Assembly (NCBI GenBank): GCA_030167865.1
Contig: JALAGF010002193.1
Span: 1-43,633, forward strand
Length of the DNA stretch: 43,633 nucleotides
Reading direction: 5' to 3'
Source: Craspedostauros australis
Taxonomy: Eukaryota
A program made the translations under genes and the position numbers. Position 1 is the stretch's first letter, and each line of letters opens with the position of its first letter. Below the pieces are notes generated by a model. It searched no databases. It saw only the letters and a program-made list of their open reading frames with translations, and was not told where the DNA came from. Shown one piece after another: positions 1 to 11,122 of the stretch.

Positions 1-169
1 CATTGTGTGGGTAGTGGGAGAGTAGAAGGAAGCACAAGTTGGCCATGACAATGAGGAATGTCCGGACAACACACACGATCAGGCGACAGGGTGTAAAAGT
101 CAAAAATGGAGCCACGAATCTGGGTTTTGCATAAATCAGGATGATTGTGCAAACAACTGACAGGAAGAA

Positions 170-198
170 NNNNNNNNNNNNNNNNNNNNNNNNNNNNN
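170..198. other. Assembly gap (29 N)
   Basis: Run of N characters. Confidence 0.99.
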
Positions 199-2284
199 TT
201 TTTGACTTTTGAACTGCTGATTATGGAAGAAACTGTTGTTGCCTTATCATGGGAAATGCAAAATTACCGTCTTTCCCCCCCCCCTTGAACATCTGGAGGT
301 TTTGCACCATCAGAATGGGATCGCGGCCTTCTCTTGTGTGGCGAAGTTCTGCCAAGGCCAGAAAGATTGGCGACTCTGGTCGGTGGAACCGGCCAGAGAT
401 ACTTCTCTTCGTGACGATATCTCCTGGGGAGGTTCCTTGGCGGAACGCTTCGGTATTCCGCGGAGCGGCCCTTTGCGCAGCTCATCCCCAAGAAACCGCA
501 ACTCGGTGTGAGGCCGAGAGTAGGGACCGGTTCTGGAGAAAGCGAAGCGAGAGGGAGAAAGTGAGCAGACAACACGCCCTGGGTGTGACTGTGTTGGCGC
601 GATCGTTCACGGGGGACTTTGGTTGCGGCCCTTCACGCGTTCACACGAATACCTTGTAACCCCGCTAACGCGGAGACGAATGCGGGGCATCATCCTAGCA
701 GAGGTACTCACGAGCGCACCATGCCCATGCAAGAGGAGCAGCCCAAGTTATTCCGTCAATGGAAACTCGCTTTCCGCACGATGCGCTAGTCTTGCAAGGC
801 CTTGTATCGTTCCTCGCAGCACCTAACCTCTCGAGCGTTTACGTTGTGATGAGTACGAGTAGAGTATCAACACTCATCTGTATTAGTAGCCGGATAGCGG
901 TGATGGCGGAGGAAGAACAAGGGATACAAGTTCCATGCTCCATGTTTATGTGTCAGGAACGCCAAACGGAGAATGATCCGCAAACAGTGAAACGGAAGCC
1001 CTCAAGCTGCGCCGCGGATGAATCAAATGGCCAACAACAGTACTTCTCCAGGGCCGCGTGGGGTACTCTGCTGTGGGGGACTCGCATGCCATGCGACGTA
1101 CGTACCCATCACATGTTCGTCGCCAAGAAACAGGGAGAGGGGGCGAGAGCGGAGTAGCGGAAGCACCATGAGCGATACTGGTGGCACAATGGAGTAGTTC
1201 GCAGAACAGGGTATGGTAGAAGAGCGCAGCAGGCATGCACAGGCGCAGATGATGCGCGAGAGGCCCTCGCGACGCAATCCTTGTGCACTCTCGGGACAAA
1301 AGAGGGGGGACTGCGGGTGCTTCTACCTGCCGACCATTCAACTCGGCCATCGGCAACGACCCAACACGCGAACGACCCCGAAGTGTGAGAAGCAGAACCA
1401 TCCTCGCTGGCGCTGGCAGCTCGTATTATTCTGTTGAAGTAGGTACGTATGGTACGTACGAGCGTGGTGGCTGTGAGAGTCAGTCCACATCTGATTCGTC
1501 AACGGGATCAGATGATTGTTCGTTTCTGTCGGAAGCTTCGGCTGGATGCCTTTGTCCATGCGGATACGCCTGTTGCCCATCACTCTTCGAGCATCCACCT
1601 CGCCGGTGACGGAGCGACGAAGGGCGTTCCGCCGCATCCTACGGCATCCTTCGAGCATTTCGACCATGGGATATGATGAGGGTACGCAGCGGCTTGCATC
1701 TCTGGAGCGCTGTTGCCCGATGATGGCAGCGCGTCTGAAAGAGTTCCATCTGCTCCTGTATTCTTGCCATCACGGAGCACAGTACTTCCTTTGATATCCA
1801 CAGCGAGAGAACTCCTCTGACATTGCCAAAGTGGGTGGAGTGCGTATCATACTCCGCTCTGCTCCCTCCCATGCCCTTGAGGAGAAATCTGTTGCCGGAG
1901 TTTACTGCACGGCAACGCATCCATCGCGGAACGGGTCAAAGTTGTGATGCACGATTTCCGAAATGCCTCTTCCATCAACCAATCTTGACGACAGAATTGA
2001 CATGCCTTGTCGCTCTTGTTGTGCATCTCCCTCCATGCAGATGTTGTGATTGTTGTTGTTGTTGCTGCTGCTGCTGCTGATTGATGATACTAGTTGATGG
2101 CTGACGGTGGAGTCACCGTTGGCGCAATGTCAGCTTCTATCTGCTGTGCTGCTTTCCGTGCGATGATAATGCGATCAAGTTGCTTTGCACTGCCGTTCGT
2201 AGGAGTACGTATGTTGTTATTGGAGTGTGACACGGCTCTACGATGATCTATTACAAGGTTAGTCCGCATGACACCGTCGCCCGC

Positions 2285-3061
2285 CTATCGAGGTTTCTGC
2301 GTGCCATCAGGCAGGAAGGTGACCACCGCAGGGTTGGACTCTTCGGTGTCAGAGGAAGCTGTTGCGATAGCGACAACGGTGGGACCGTTGGTGCCCTGCG
2401 CACTGATGGTGGGCTTGTTGCCGGCTGCGACCTGGTGTGCGTATTGTACAGTGCTGCCGTTGCGGTTTCCGTCGCCACCAGCGAAATGCGATATGCCCGG
2501 TGTTGGTTGAGGCATGACTACGAGTCCTTCGGTGGATGCCACTGCGGACATGGCCACACCATGCTGCGCACCCGGCGTCACATTGCTGCCGCCGTGCATG
2601 CGCGAAGCAAGCGAAGCCTCGATGGACTTGCCCATGCGGTCGGTGCAGGCAAACTTGAAAGCAGTGATCGCCGACAGGAACCAAAACACCGACGCGAAGG
2701 CAAGGATGGAAATTCCAAGATCACGATCATCGCACAGGTTGTCTATGAAATCATCTGTGAAGAAGTCATCATCGAAGGAGAAATCTTGTCTCTCCTCGCA
2801 CTCGCCGCCTCCTGTCTCATCTGCAAAAACGATTGCTCGTCCCACTGAGAGGAAGCTCATCGCGAGTGCAAATGAAGCCGCAACATTGATCCCGCAACGA
2901 TTTATGGGACAACACCAGATGAGCTGAAACATGACCAGCGCCGTCAGCCCAACCACCCAATTGAACAACCAGGTGGACGACAAGGCGAATGCCATGATCG
3001 CCAAGATTTGCGACGCCACGATGTACTTGTCGTTGTATGGACTGCAGTTGTGGTTGCACAT
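2285..3061 (-). CDS. Hypothetical multi-pass (about 4 TM) membrane protein, 258 aa from ATG 3061
   Basis: ORF 2285..3151; the first ATG in a plausible context gives MCNHNCSPYNDKY. Four hydrophobic segments (IVASQILAIMAFALS, WLFNWVVGLTALVMFQLIWCC, INVAASFALAMSFLSVG, ISILAFASVFWFLSAITAF), an acidic Cys-flanked loop and a polar C-tail. Start codon uncertain. Confidence 0.75.
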   Translation of the reverse strand: MCNHNCSPYNDKYIVASQILAIMAFALSSTWLFNWVVGLTALVMFQLIWCCPINRCGINVAASFALAMSFLSVGRAIVFADETGGGECEERQDFSFDDDFFTDDFIDNLCDDRDLGISILAFASVFWFLSAITAFKFACTDRMGKSIEASLASRMHGGSNVTPGAQHGVAMSAVASTEGLVVMPQPTPGISHFAGGDGNRNGSTVQYAHQVAAGNKPTISAQGTNGPTVVAIATASSDTEESNPAVVTFLPDGTQKPR

Positions 3062-3475
3062 GGATGCATCATCGTCGTCACCAGCATTGTCACAATCATC
3101 GCCATCATCAAGATGGAAGAAGTTGAAGCATGGAATAATAATCCAAAACAATAGGTGAGCATTAATGGATCAACGATCTGGTGAGTTGGCGAATACATGA
3201 ACAGATGGATAGATCGGATAGCCGATCGATGACACAAGGAGATATCCATGGCTGTGATGTACTGCAGGAAGATGCCACTTGGACAGAACAGAGCTTACAC
3301 AGTCGTACGCGCTGTCAAATGGAGCCGCGATGTTCGCAAACCGCCTGTTTCATTGTGAATTTGAGCAGAGCGGAAGAAGAGCAATCATCACAGCTGTAAT
3401 CCTCGAACAAACCATCCATTCTGCTTCGAATGGTGCTTCGGTGCAAACTCCAAGGGCTTGTTTCTGCTCCCTCCG

Positions 3476-3570
3476 CTGTGCTGTGCTGTGCTGTGCTGTG
3501 CTGTGCTGTTGTGCACTGCACTGCACTGCACTGCACTCTCCAATACCATGCCATGCCATGTCATGCCATG
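3476..3570. repeat. Compound pentanucleotide microsatellite (CTGTG)6-(TGCAC)5-(CCATG)~5
   Basis: Read directly from the sequence. Confidence 0.95.
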
Positions 3571-5057
3571 CAACAAAATGCACTGCCCTGGTTGAGAGCA
3601 TACGAATGGTATGCATCCGTGTGATAAACTCACAAGCATATGCAACCAGCGTTGCCCGATGACGCGAATCTCTTGTCGCAACACATGATGCCGTGTGCTG
3701 TTGATGGCGCTATTGAATATGCGGCTGTGCTGCTGTCGAGCGATGCCTCTCTTGCTCTTCTCAGCCCGTCCGTCGGCTTGGTCACCTTCGTTAGTGTTGC
3801 CTGCTTGGAGACGAAAGAAGCAACAGGATCGCCAATCCTCGTCTCCGTCCTCTCGCGATGGGATGGGATGGGATGGACGACGCCAGATGGTTGGAGGAGG
3901 CTTGTTGGGGCAACCGAGATCGCCGAAGCAAGGACACGTCAAGGAAATAGCAGGGCCGATGCTGTCGCTCTGATCATGGTGGTGACTCTCTGTCCATCGC
4001 GCAGAGTATTAGTACGATCTGTGGTGTGTTTGTGCCCGTGTTTGTGCTTGTGTTTGTGCTTGTGTTTGTGATGGAGGGGTATTACCATCGCTATCGTCGC
4101 CGTCGCCATCGCCGCTGCTGTTGGTGTTGTTGGTTTTGGTGGTCATTGTCGTGGTGTGTTATTGTTCGCTTTCTCGGTCATTCAGACGCCCACACAAGTG
4201 GCCGTGCCAAGCCGTGCCGAAACAATTGAGATTCTTGGTTGTTCCTCTATATACCATGACTATAATATTGATACTCAGTGATGAAAGGTACTGTTGTTGA
4301 TGCGGATCAACCACGAAGTGGATTTGGTCTCGTGTAGGGTACTATGCACAAGAGGGTATCGAAGCGATGATTGCGTGTCGCGCTTGTTGTTCTGTTCTTC
4401 TGTCGTTATTGAGACGTTAAAACTGCTTCCCTCGAACCACTCGACTCAACGACTGATTGTTGACGTTGAACTCGCGCACAAAAGATCGCAGGTCTTGTTC
4501 AGTTGAAGAACGGACACACGGCAGACGCAATGATGAAGTGATCCCAGTACTGGTTTTACGTGAGAATGCACGTATCATCGATCAACCAACGAGACATCGC
4601 AGAACAAGATGGCGTCACGAGTTTTGTGTGTCGCGGCGAAGAAGAGAAAAGGGAAGGATCGAAGGTGCCGCGTTGTCAACGGTGGAACAGGGGGAAGACC
4701 AACGCCAACGACGAAGGCATCCTTCTCTGGTGATGATGATGATGGTCTTGGGTTGGCAACACGCGCTTCTTCGTTGTTGCGGTGCTGTTGTCGCTGTTGT
4801 TGTGGTTGATCGCTTTGTGGTTCCTGTGCTGTTGCTGTTGCTGTTGCCGCTGCCGTTGACGCTGTTGTCGTTGATGGAAGTGAGTGGCGGATCCTTTGCG
4901 ACACAGGCAAAGACCAAACGGAGCCAAACAACCACACGCACACACAGACGCACGCAGACAGGTTGCACAAACAGACACACGCTCATCAAACACAAATCAC
5001 ACGCCAACGCCCATAACTACCAATACAACAAGATCGACATCACCAACTACCGCAATC

Positions 5058-5751
5058 ATGATGAAGACTATCCTTGCCCTTTTCGCCCTCTTGGCTTCCG
5101 CTTCTGCCTTCGTGCAGCAGAACCAGGCTGTCGGTACGTCGGATGCCCTGCCGTCACTGGCCCGAGTGCGCAACTGTTGGAGTGCTGGATCGTTGCGAGA
5201 CAAGACTGGAGACGCAGTCGGAGGAGATGGATCATGATTGGACCTCACTGGGTCTCATGCCAATGAATTGAGTTTGGTTGGAACAGGTGGATGATGAAGG
5301 TCTCGCTCCTTCTCCTGCCATGGATGGGCTCGAGAGGATGGGAACGAGCTGCGATCAACCGAATGAACATCCGTGACAAGGAGCCATGCCGGAATGCACA
5401 TGAACTCACCAACCCCCCTCTTCACACCCTTGCCCACGCCCCATTGCAATTCCAACAACAGCCTTCGGCGTCAAGTCCGCCGTTGCCCCACTCTCCATGG
5501 CCGTCCAGACCCCAGAGATCAAGAAGGGTGTCATCGCCTCTGTCGCCGGAGTCGTCCCAGCCTTCATCGCCAACGCCGCCATGGCCACCGATGGAACCAA
5601 CGAGTGGTTCGGTGTTGATGACCTCCGCCTGTTGGGCGTCCTCTTCGTTGTTCACTGGGCCATCCTTTCCCTGTGGCTCCAGCAGTACGGAGACTACGAC
5701 GAGGAGGAGGACTTCTTCGGCGAGATCGACTACACCAGCACCAAGAAATAA
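5058..5751 (+). CDS. psbW: Photosystem II PsbW precursor, 121 aa; exons 5058-5133 and 5462-5751
   Basis: Exon 1 MMKTILALFALLASASAFVQQNQAV is a signal peptide with the diatom ASA-F motif. A phase-1 intron GTACGT..CAG (5134-5461) joins in frame to AFGVKSAVAPLSMAVQ. A second hydrophobic signal ends in AMA, then the mature TDGTNEWFGVDD, one TM helix and an acidic tail (DYDEEEDFF), which matches PsbW architecture. Confidence 0.78.
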
Positions 5752-6790
5752 GCACGCACACCCACGCGCTCTTTCTTCGTGCAACGTCGTGAATTGACGG
5801 GCATGTGCCGTCTCCTCTGATCGCTTTGCATCCAAACCATCAATTCTCAGCTCCGCGCATGACTTGACTGTACATGATCCACACGCTGCCATCCACAGCA
5901 CCAGCAACAAACCCAACAAATAGACCACCACAGGGCCCACTGCCATCCACGGCAACCACCTCGATGGAACATGCTTGACGGGCCCGACGAACCAAGCAAG
6001 CGACCACACAACCACCTGCCCTGCAATCAGCCCCCGCCGATGCAGGATGTCCCATCGTCAGGCATCACACTGCGAGTACACATCAAACTAAACTTTACCA
6101 TAGATTGAATATCTGTTTGGTGCCAACAAAAGAGGTCTACACTGCGGCTACGGGGATTAGTCTAGTTTCTTTTCGTGGCCAACGCTTCCCTGTTGTGATG
6201 ATGATGGCAGCTTCCGGCAGAGAAGGCGATTCTGCAGCCATCTGACATCTTCCCTTCTTCGTTCGCCTTGTCGTCATCATCTTGTTGGTTGTTTGGGGTG
6301 CAGACACAGTCCCAATTTGATGGTTGAGACTGGCAGACGGACAGACCACCGACGGCCTTCTGTCGCCATCTGCCATTTCACAGACACACATCACGTCACA
6401 ATGCAACCCGAATCCATTCGCCAAGATACCACAGCGCCATCTTCCTCGTTGCGCTTCTTTGCCTTGCTTGCCTTGTCGTCAGACAGAGAGAGAGGTCACA
6501 TCCATCAGCACATCCATAGTAACCACAGCCACAGGCCACCACCATCACGCACTCAACAAACACCCGCGAAGGTTCACACCTTGTGCCACATCTCATCGTT
6601 GCATCCCACTTCGTCGCACTCCGATCGACGCTAGCAATACTGTTCCTTTGAACAACTGCAACACCGAGGCAACCTCCGATCTCTCCTCTTCAACTATAAT
6701 ATTATAGAATAGAGAGCATTGCGCCGTACTCATCAAACACACACATCACATTACGTCGCTTCACTTCACGTCACGTCACGTCGCGCCATC

Positions 6791-7693
6791 ATGATCATCT
6801 CATCTCGAGGCCTGCTCTCGGTATGCGTCGCGCATGCCACCCTGTCATCAGCTTGGGCTTGGTCTCCCAATGCTTGCAACCACCGTCAGCAGAACGGCCT
6901 TGCTGCCAACGCTGGATTGGGTTCTTTTGTTTGCCGCAATGATGGCCAGGCAAGTCAGCTTCGGCGCCGCGGAACCGTGCAGGCGTTCTCATCCACCTTC
7001 GACTACAGCGAAAGCGAGAGCGTGACAGAACCCGATCCCAACCCCATCTTCGGACTCACCGATGATGGCGACTTCTGCCTCTCGGGGATCAACCACCAGC
7101 AGGTGGCCGACTCGGGACCGGACGGGGATTCAAGCAACGTGGCACAGGGCCTCGAGTCCATGCAGGTTGCGAACGCCAATTACTTTGACTCTCGTGTCAT
7201 GGACCTCCTCTCGACGACCAACGGTGCGTCCGACCCATCCGCATCGAACGGGGCAAATGCTCCCGCCAGCCTCGGTCTCAGCGGGATCAACGCATCCAAC
7301 AGCGGCGGCTCTGGACAAATGCAACCGCCCACGCCGCTCGCCGATGCCATCAACGCCCAGTCGCAACAACCACAGTTGTCGACGAACAAGCAAGGCCAGT
7401 TCTTGCAGCAGCAGGATACGATTCCGCAGAGCGTGGCGTCCCAAATCGTCCCGTACCAGCCAGCCACCGAGGCCGATATGGACGTCATGAAGGGATGGCT
7501 GCTGCAGCACATCCCCACCCTCAAGCCCCATGACAGCCAGACCTACGCCCACAATCTATGCATGCTGGGATTCGATCCGGAATGCGTCACGCAGTGCGAG
7601 CTGCGCTTCGACGATCTCTCATTCATGAAGATGCTCCACCAGCGCTACCTCTTCCGCGAGATCACCGGTCAGGAGCATCCATGGGATGTGTGA
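6791..7693 (+). CDS. Putative plastid-targeted protein with C-terminal SAM (sterile alpha motif)-like domain, 300 aa
   Basis: Long ORF with C/G-ending codon bias. N-terminus MIISSRGLLSVCVAHATLSSAWA-W looks like a signal peptide with an aromatic +1 residue. C-terminus WL..IP.L...D...YA..L..LGFD....L..DDL.FMK.LH.RYL resembles the SAM consensus. Confidence 0.7.
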   Translation: MIISSRGLLSVCVAHATLSSAWAWSPNACNHRQQNGLAANAGLGSFVCRNDGQASQLRRRGTVQAFSSTFDYSESESVTEPDPNPIFGLTDDGDFCLSGINHQQVADSGPDGDSSNVAQGLESMQVANANYFDSRVMDLLSTTNGASDPSASNGANAPASLGLSGINASNSGGSGQMQPPTPLADAINAQSQQPQLSTNKQGQFLQQQDTIPQSVASQIVPYQPATEADMDVMKGWLLQHIPTLKPHDSQTYAHNLCMLGFDPECVTQCELRFDDLSFMKMLHQRYLFREITGQEHPWDV

Positions 7694-8532
7694 TCTGCCG
7701 GTTCCCGCCGCTGTCGATACTCGCGGCTGTGGTACAAGTAGAGAGTTGCCTCGCCTTTCCTTGACGATGCTACAATACGAGTAGGTGTTGGTAGTGCTAT
7801 CGTCCATCTTGATTTCCATATCGTGACCATCAGTATCGTGAGTAACAATGTGGGTAACACCATCAACAACAACATACTTGTTTTTTCACACAATTATCTC
7901 AATCAACACATCATTCTCTCCGTACTCTCCATGCAAACGCAGAACAGCAGTCGATCCCAAGCCTCGTGGAAACTACCGTGAGGCAGCAACGGCCATACAT
8001 CACTGCGGAACGGCAACGGAGAACTAGCACCGTGGGCCATATCATTAACGAACTGCATTCACAACTACTCCACATAATCTCTCGCTCTCTCTCTCTCTCT
8101 CTCTACAGATAGAGAGTATGCACGTCAAACCTTCAAGTATTCTAGTATTGGTATGTTGGAGTATCCATCGAGTGTCATCGAATAAGCGCCTATCCACCTC
8201 GCTTCTGTGCTCTGCCTCTCTCCCGCCCGCTCTTCCTTCTTGAATCAAGGTAGGGTGCACCACTTGAGCGCTAAAGCACTGCTCATGTATACAAGACGTA
8301 GCTTGCGACAGTTTAGCAACTTACGTCCCACACAATCGACCAAGGTATTATTATACATGATTTGAGCAGTGCCATCTCATGTCCACTTCCGATACTCACT
8401 CCGCTCTATATGGCACGTCTATGTTTGAGACCACTGTGGCGCTCTCTCAGCAACCAACATGGATCGATGGATGCGCAGGGATAGTACTCGAATTATATAT
8501 TACCTTATGTATTACGAGAAATAGCATGGCCA

Positions 8533-10122
8533 TCATCGGAAGAGTTCGGCTTGCAACGAATTCTTGGCCTTGAAACCCTTCTTCTTCTTGCCTTTGCCAC
8601 CGGCGTCGGATCGACTTCTTCCGTCTCCCATGCTGTCTCTGTCACGCCGACGCTTGCCATTAGAGTACCTCTTCTCTTCCTTTTGCCCCTTCACTCCAAT
8701 CTGGGCATTGCGCATATCGAACTCGGCATCGTCGTCATCGTCGCTGCCTCCACCACCACGCCTATCATACACACCCTCCATGCCCTTCGTGAGGTTGTTG
8801 AGGTTGGCGATGGCCGTGAGGTTGCTTTGCTCGCCGCGCATGAGCCGCTTGAATTCCTTCTTCTCCTTGCGCGTCGTCGTCAATCGGACCATGGCGGATT
8901 CTTCGTACTCCACCTTCTCGGCCTGCCGTCTGGCATACTCCCGCGCGGCATGCTGCTGACGGCCAAAGTCCGTTCCGCCGAGGGCGTCCTCTTGCTCCGG
9001 TGCATCGCCGTACTCCTGCTGCAGGTGCTGCGCGAATTCGGAGTTGCGCATTCGGCGGTTGTGTCGCTTCTCCTGTTCGAGGCGTGTCTTCTTTTTGGAT
9101 TCCGCGTCGAGGACGTACGGCACGGATGTGGAACGCGGTGCTTGGTAGATCTGGGAAGGTTTGTTAGACTGGGTCTTGGTTCTGGACTGGTTGATGGTCT
9201 CATTGCCATCGTTCTTCTCATCATCACCGCCGCCGTCGTCATCATCCTCATTGTGGTTGTTGTTTCTGGCTTCCTTGTTTCTGCTCTTCTTCGTGCTCCT
9301 TGCTTTCTTCTTCGATGACGCATCGATACCATCCGTCAATCCAAGAGTGGCCTTGGCGTGCGCCAAATCAGCATCCTCCTCTTCCTCGTCATCGTCATCG
9401 TCGTCATCATCAATATCATCGTCATCATCATCATTGACATCGTCGTCGTTGCTGTTGTCGTCATCATCTGACGAATCATCATCCATCAAGCTGGGGCGGT
9501 AGTTCAAGGGATCGTCATCTCCCACGTCCTGATTGTCGCCAGACGACGCGAATTGCTGAGACGCCAATCCAGACGAGCTGGCGGCGGTTTGCAGCTTGTC
9601 GATCTGGTACTGCATCTTCTTTTGCAGGCCGCGCATCTTCTCCAGCACAATCTTGGTCTCGTTGAGACGATGGAGATTGTGCGACTTGGGATCCTCCTCG
9701 TCACTGTCACTGTGACTGCCGCTGGCGACCTGCTTTGCAGCGTTCCTTGATTTGATGTGCAGGACCAGATCGATGAGGTAGGTCGCCATGACGGAATTCT
9801 TGACGTGAAACACATCCAATCCATCCTTTTGGGGACTGAACTTTGCCTCGTTCTCTGCTTGGCCGTTGTTGGTGTCGTCACCACCGTCATTATCGTCACC
9901 ACTGTCATTACTGTCACTCTGGTCAGCAGCGCCGGTTTTGCCTGCACCACCATTCAGGTAGTCCTTGACGCATCCTCGCAGTCCGGTGAGGCTCTTGCGA
10001 TGGACCTCCTTCAGCGCTGCCGCTGTCACCTTGCTGTGTTTGGATGATGATGATGACGACGACGATGACCGTCGATCTTCCCTTGCGCCATCTTCATCGG
10101 CTTCGATTGCTAACGGCGCCAT
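8533..10122 (-). CDS. NGDN: Neuroguidin / Lcp5 (Sas10/Utp3/C1D family, SSU processome), 529 aa
   Basis: Motifs GLDVFHVKNSVMATYLIDL, RLNETKIVLEKMRGLQKKMQYQIDKL, DPLNYRP, IYQAPR, QEYGDAPE and YEESAMVRL match neuroguidin/Lcp5 in order. Long acidic tracts and a basic C-terminus. Confidence 0.9.
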   Translation of the reverse strand: MAPLAIEADEDGAREDRRSSSSSSSSSKHSKVTAAALKEVHRKSLTGLRGCVKDYLNGGAGKTGAADQSDSNDSGDDNDGGDDTNNGQAENEAKFSPQKDGLDVFHVKNSVMATYLIDLVLHIKSRNAAKQVASGSHSDSDEEDPKSHNLHRLNETKIVLEKMRGLQKKMQYQIDKLQTAASSSGLASQQFASSGDNQDVGDDDPLNYRPSLMDDDSSDDDDNSNDDDVNDDDDDDIDDDDDDDDEEEEDADLAHAKATLGLTDGIDASSKKKARSTKKSRNKEARNNNHNEDDDDGGGDDEKNDGNETINQSRTKTQSNKPSQIYQAPRSTSVPYVLDAESKKKTRLEQEKRHNRRMRNSEFAQHLQQEYGDAPEQEDALGGTDFGRQQHAAREYARRQAEKVEYEESAMVRLTTTRKEKKEFKRLMRGEQSNLTAIANLNNLTKGMEGVYDRRGGGGSDDDDDAEFDMRNAQIGVKGQKEEKRYSNGKRRRDRDSMGDGRSRSDAGGKGKKKKGFKAKNSLQAELFR

Positions 10123-11122
10123 GGTTCTTGATCTTTGTGCTCATGTCTCCTCACACCAAGGCTCCTCATTTCGTGGCCACTCTCATTTTCGTTTCTCGTT
10201 TCTCGTTGCGTGTACCCAAATCACGTTTCGCGGCATTTTTCGTGGTTGGTTGTGCACGTTCACAATTAAATGTCATATATTACGTCTGCTTTCAACACAT
10301 ATATTTAGCGGACAATATGGGATCGAAGTGTTCGAAATGAGCAAACAATTCGTTCGCTAATACATGCTCAATTAAACGGACGCTGATACAACTCAGTCTC
10401 GACCTAGATCTGTATTAACGAGTCTAGAAAAAGACTCAACAACAACCGACGCCGCACAGAACTCTGCTCGTCTCTCCTCCATTCGACGGACACCCAAGCT
10501 GGAGAGTAATCTCCCATCTACTACTCCATACTAATCTACGTACGAGCACAATGACGCCTATTCAAGGTCGATCCATGTAAAGATTGCCTAAAGTGAAGCA
10601 TTCGATTAACTTTCTCTATGTCAGAGCCTCTTGCTTTGATCTGCTGTTTCGCTTGCGTCGCATTGTAGTGCCTTGTATTCTGGAGAGTACTGGATTGTCC
10701 AGCATCGTATTGCACTGCATTGTGAGAATACAGTCAAGTGCTACTGCTGCCGCTGAGCTCTCACGAAGGAGCTCAGACTGTGTTGCGCCACGTGCGTTGG
10801 CTCGCAGCAGCTTCTGGTCATGCCTGATCGGTCCCATTCGTTCTGCGCGTCGTGCTTCTTGGTTCAGGTCTCGTACGATCAGGTTTCGCCTTCGTGTGTG
10901 ATGGGGTGCGCCTGTGCCATGATCATCGTCGATCCGTCATTCACATCCTCCTCATGGTGTTGCTGTGTTGCATCTTTGAGGAGGATGTCAGTGTCACGTT
11001 CTTGCGCGTCGGAATCGGGGAGTGGTTGTGGGTGCCTACGGGTGACACCGTGACTGCCGCTGCAGTCACCGCATGAAAGGCCTCACGCATTCGGTGACGA
11101 CCACGCGTCACGCCCTCGGCCT

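Noticed and set aside
236-2080. Many overlapping 60-150 aa ORFs
   Set aside because: No recognisable motifs or consistent codon bias; expected by chance in GC-rich DNA.
4457-5266. 269-aa ORF on the + strand
   Set aside because: Made of microsatellite-derived runs; it overlaps the psbW leader and exon 1 in another frame.
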